64,000 bases of DNA from positions 253,890,001 to 253,954,000 of the forward strand of contig OZ024741.1 of assembly GCA_964016885.1 (NCBI GenBank). Direction: 5' to 3'. The translations under genes and the position numbers were made by a program. The DNA is from Eledone cirrhosa (lineage: Eukaryota). Positions within the stretch are counted from its first letter, which is position 1, and every line of letters starts with the position of its first letter. Of this stretch, positions 60,801-64,000 are shown piece by piece. The notes under the pieces were generated by a model. It had not been told where the DNA came from. It searched no databases and worked only from the letters and a program-made list of their open reading frames with translations.

Positions 60801-63800
60801 TGGTGGTGTTGTGGTGTGTAGTGGTGGTGGAGTTGTGGTGTGTATGGTGGTGGTGTTGTGGTGTGTAGTGATGGTGGTGGTGGTGTTGTGGTGTGTAGTG
60901 GTGGTGGTGGTGGAGTTGTGGTGTGTAGTGGTGGTGGTGGTGGTGGTTGTGCTGTGTAGTGTTGGTGGTAGTGGTGTTGTGGTGTGTAGTGGTGGTGGTG
61001 GTGGTGGTGGTGTTGTGGTGTGTAGTGGTGATGGTGGTGTCGTGGTGTGTAGTGTTGGTGGTGGTGGTGTTGTGGCGTGTAGTGGTGGTGGTGGTGGTGT
61101 TGCGGTGTGTAATGTTGGTGGTGGTGGTGCTGTGGTGTGTAGTGGTGGTGGTGGTTGTGGTGTGTAGTGTTGGTGTTGGTGGTGTTGTGGTGTGTAGTGG
61201 TGGTGGTGGTGGCGTTGTGGTGTGTAGTGGTGATGGTGGTGTTGTGGTGTGTAGTGTTGGTGGTGGTGGTGTTGTGGTGTGTAGTGGTGGTGGTGGTGGT
61301 GGTGGTGTGTAGTGTTGGTGGTGGTGGTGTTGTGGTGTGTAGTGGTGGTGGTGGTGTTTTGGTGTGTAGTGGTGGTGGCGGTGGTGGTTGTGCTGTGTAG
61401 TGTTGGTGGTAGTGGTGTTGTGGTGTGTAGTGGTGGTGGTGGTGATGGTGTTGTGGTGTGTAGTGGTGATGGTGGTGTCGTGGTGTGTAGTGTTGGTGGT
61501 GGTGGTGTTGTGGTGTGTAGTGGTGGTGGTGGTGGTGTTGCGGTGTGTAGTGTTGGTGGTGGTGGTGTTGTGGTGTGTAGTGGTGGTGGTGGTGGTGGTT
61601 GTGGTGTGTAGTGTTGGTGTTGGTGGTGTTGTGGTGTGTAGTGGTGGTGGTGGTGGTGTTGTGGTGTGTAGTGGTGATGGTGGTGTTGTGGTGTGTAGTG
61701 TTGGTGGTGGTGGTGTTGTGGTGTGTAGTGGTGGGGGTAGTGGTGGTGGTGTGGTGTGTAGTGTTGGTGGTGGTGGTGTTGTGGTGTGTAGTGGTGGTGG
61801 TGGTGTTTTGGTGTGTAGTGGTGGTGGTGGTGGTGGTTGTGCTGTGTAGTGTTGGTGGTAGTGGTGTTGTTGTGTGTAGTGGTGGTGGTGGTGTTGTGGT
61901 GTGTAGTGGTGATGGTGGTGTCGTGGTGTGTAGTGTTGGTGGTGGTGGTGTTGTGGTGTGTAGTGGTGGTGGTGGTGGTGTTGCGGTGTGTAGTGTTGGT
62001 GGTGGTGGTGTTGTGGTGGTGGTGGTGGTGGTTGTGGTGTGCAGTGTTGGTGTTGGTGGTGTTGTGGTGTGTAGTGGTGGTGGTGGTGGCGTTGTGATGT
62101 GTAGTGGTGATGGTGGTGTTGTGGTGTGTAGTGTTGGTGGTGGTGGTGTTGTGGTGTGTAGTGGTGGTGGTGGTGGTGGTGGTGTGGTGTGTAGTGTTGG
62201 TGGTGGTGGTGTTGTAGTGTGTAGTGGTGGTGGTGGTGTTTTGGTGTGTAGTGATGGTGGTAGTGGTGTTGTGGTGTGTAGTGGTGATGGTGGTGGTGTT
62301 GTGGTGTCTAGTGGTGGTGGTGGTGGTGTTGTGGTGTGTAGTGGTGCTGGTGGTGGTGGTGTTGTGGTGTGTAGTGGTGGTGGTAGTGGTGTTGTGGTGT
62401 GTAGTGTTGGTGGTGGTGGTGTTGTGGTGTGTAGTAGTGGTGGTGGTGGTGGTGTTGTGGTGTGTAGTGATGGTGGTGGTGGTGTTGTGGTGTGTAGTGG
62501 TGGTGCTGGTGGTGTTGTGGTGTGTAGTGGTGGTGGTGGTTGTGGTGTGTAGTGGTGGAGGTGGTGGTGCTGTGGTGTGTAGTGGTGGTGGTGGTGGTGT
62601 TGTGGCGTGTAGAGTTGGCGGTGGGGGTGTTGTGGTGTGTAGTGGTGGTGGTGTTGTGGTGTGTAGTGGTGGTGGTGGTGTTGTGGTGTGTAGTTGTGAT
62701 GGTGGTGGTTTTGTGGTGTGTAGTGGTGGTGGTGGTGGTGTTGTGGTGTGTAGTGGTGGTGGTGGGAGGGTGTGTAGTGGTGTGGGGGGGGGGGGGGGGT
62801 GTAGTGGTGGTGGTTGTGGTCTTGTGGTGTGTAGTGATGGTGGTGGTGGTGTTGTGGTGTGTAGTGGTGATGTTGGTGTGGTGTAGTGGTGATGTTGGTG
62901 TGGTGTAGTGTAGTGTAGTGGTGATGGTGGTGTGGTGTAGTGTAGGGGTGATGGTGATGTGGTGTAGTGTAGTGATGATGGTGTGGTGTAGTGGTGATGT
63001 TGGTGTAGTGCAGTGGTGATGTTGGTGTGGTGTAGTGGTGATGATGGTGTGGTGTAGTGGTGATGTTGGTGTGGTGTAGTGTAGGAGTGATGGTGGTGTG
63101 GTGTAGTGTAGTGATGTTGGTGTGGTGTAGTGTTGTGGTGATGGTTGTGTAGTGTAGTGGTGATGTTGGTGTGATGTAGTGTAGTGGTGATGTTGGTGTA
63201 GTGTAGTGGTGGTGGTGTTGGTGTAGTGTAGTGGTGATGTTGGTGTGATGTAGTGTAGTGGTGATGTTGGTGTAGTGTAGTGGTGGTGATGTTGGTGTAG
63301 TGTAGTGGTGGTGGTGTTGGTGTAGTGTAGTGGTGATGTTGGTGTGATATAGTGTAGTTTTGATGTTGGTGTAGTGTAGTGGTGGTGGTGTTGGTGTGGT
63401 GTAGTGTAGTGGCGATGTTGGTGTAGTGTAGTGTAGTGGTGGTGCTGGTGTGGTGTAGTGGTGATATTGGTGTAGTGTAGTGTAGTGGTGGTGGTGATAT
63501 TGGTGTGGTGTAGTGGTGATGTTGGTGTGGTGTAGTGTAGTGGTGGTGGTGATATTGGTGTGGTGTAGTGGTGATGTTGGTATGGTGTAGTGTAGTGGAT
63601 ATGTTGGTGTGGTATAGTGTAGTGGTGAAGGTGGTGTAGTGTAGTGTAGTAGTGGTGGTCTAGGGTAGTGTAGTGGTGATGTTGGTGTGATGTAGTGTAG
63701 TGGTGATGGTGGTGTGGTGTAGTGTACTGGTGTTGGTGGTGGTGTGGTGTAGTGTAGTGGTTGTATCGGTGTGATCTTGTGTAGTGGTGATGTTGGTGTG

Positions 63801-64000
63801 GTGTAGTGCACTGATGTTGGTGTGGTGTAGTGTAGTAGTGATGGTGGTGTGGTGTAGTGTAGTGGTGATGTTGGTGTAGTGTAGTGGTGATGTTAGTGTA
63901 GTGGTGGTGATGTTGGTGTGATGTAGTGTAGTGGTGGTGGTGTGTGGTGTAGTGTAGCGGTGATGTTGGTGTAGTGTAATGGTGGTGGTGTTGGTGTGGT
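57848..64000. repeat. G/T-rich low-complexity satellite: (GGT)n, then (GGT)n-GTTGTGGTGTGTAGT units, then (GTGTA)-rich units; runs off the window
   Basis: Direct reading. Variant units recur at a ~1.56-kb offset (59265/60829, 60171/61732). Confidence 0.95.

Noticed and set aside
58433-63811. 1,792-aa His/Thr/Pro-rich ORF (extensin/mucin-like) and the overlapping Val/Gly/Cys ORFs
   Set aside because: The base composition of the repeat almost excludes stop codons on that strand. Several frames are open and the peptide switches register with repeat slips.
30751-64000. Telomeric retrotransposon array (HeT-A/TART or SART/TRAS-like)
   Set aside because: There is no canonical telomeric repeat array and no evidence of a chromosome end; the array is flanked by ordinary microsatellites on both sides.

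Overview
Repeat-only eukaryotic DNA with no host gene. The SINE, LINE and microsatellite content looks like a coleoid cephalopod (octopus) genome, but that is inference. (1) A 38-bp satellite (1-4020 and 16873-~28430) is split at an A|T by a 12,852-bp Helitron-type element (4021-16872, 5'-TC...CTAG-3', no TSD). The element carries one intact intronless ~2,225-aa ORF: HUH Rep, Pif1 helicase and, unusually, a C-terminal ubiquitin-specific protease (USP/C19) domain with intact Cys and His boxes. It also has a 5' terminal hairpin and a 212-bp near-perfect inverted repeat at its 3' end. (2) From ~30.75 to 57.04 kb lie seven L1/Tx1-clade retrotransposon copies of several subfamilies. All are on the minus strand, head-to-tail, and every junction lies in (GATA)n-type sequence, which suggests a GATA-microsatellite-targeting family. 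One copy is full length and intact, and two near-identical copies share the same TGG>TGA stop. (3) An RTE-group LINE with a twin-priming-type 5' inversion sits in (TA)n. The rest is SINEs, CR1-like fragments, a fold-back palindrome, a 34-bp minisatellite and ~6 kb of G/T-rich low-complexity repeat. All calls come from reading motifs by eye; no database searches were run.
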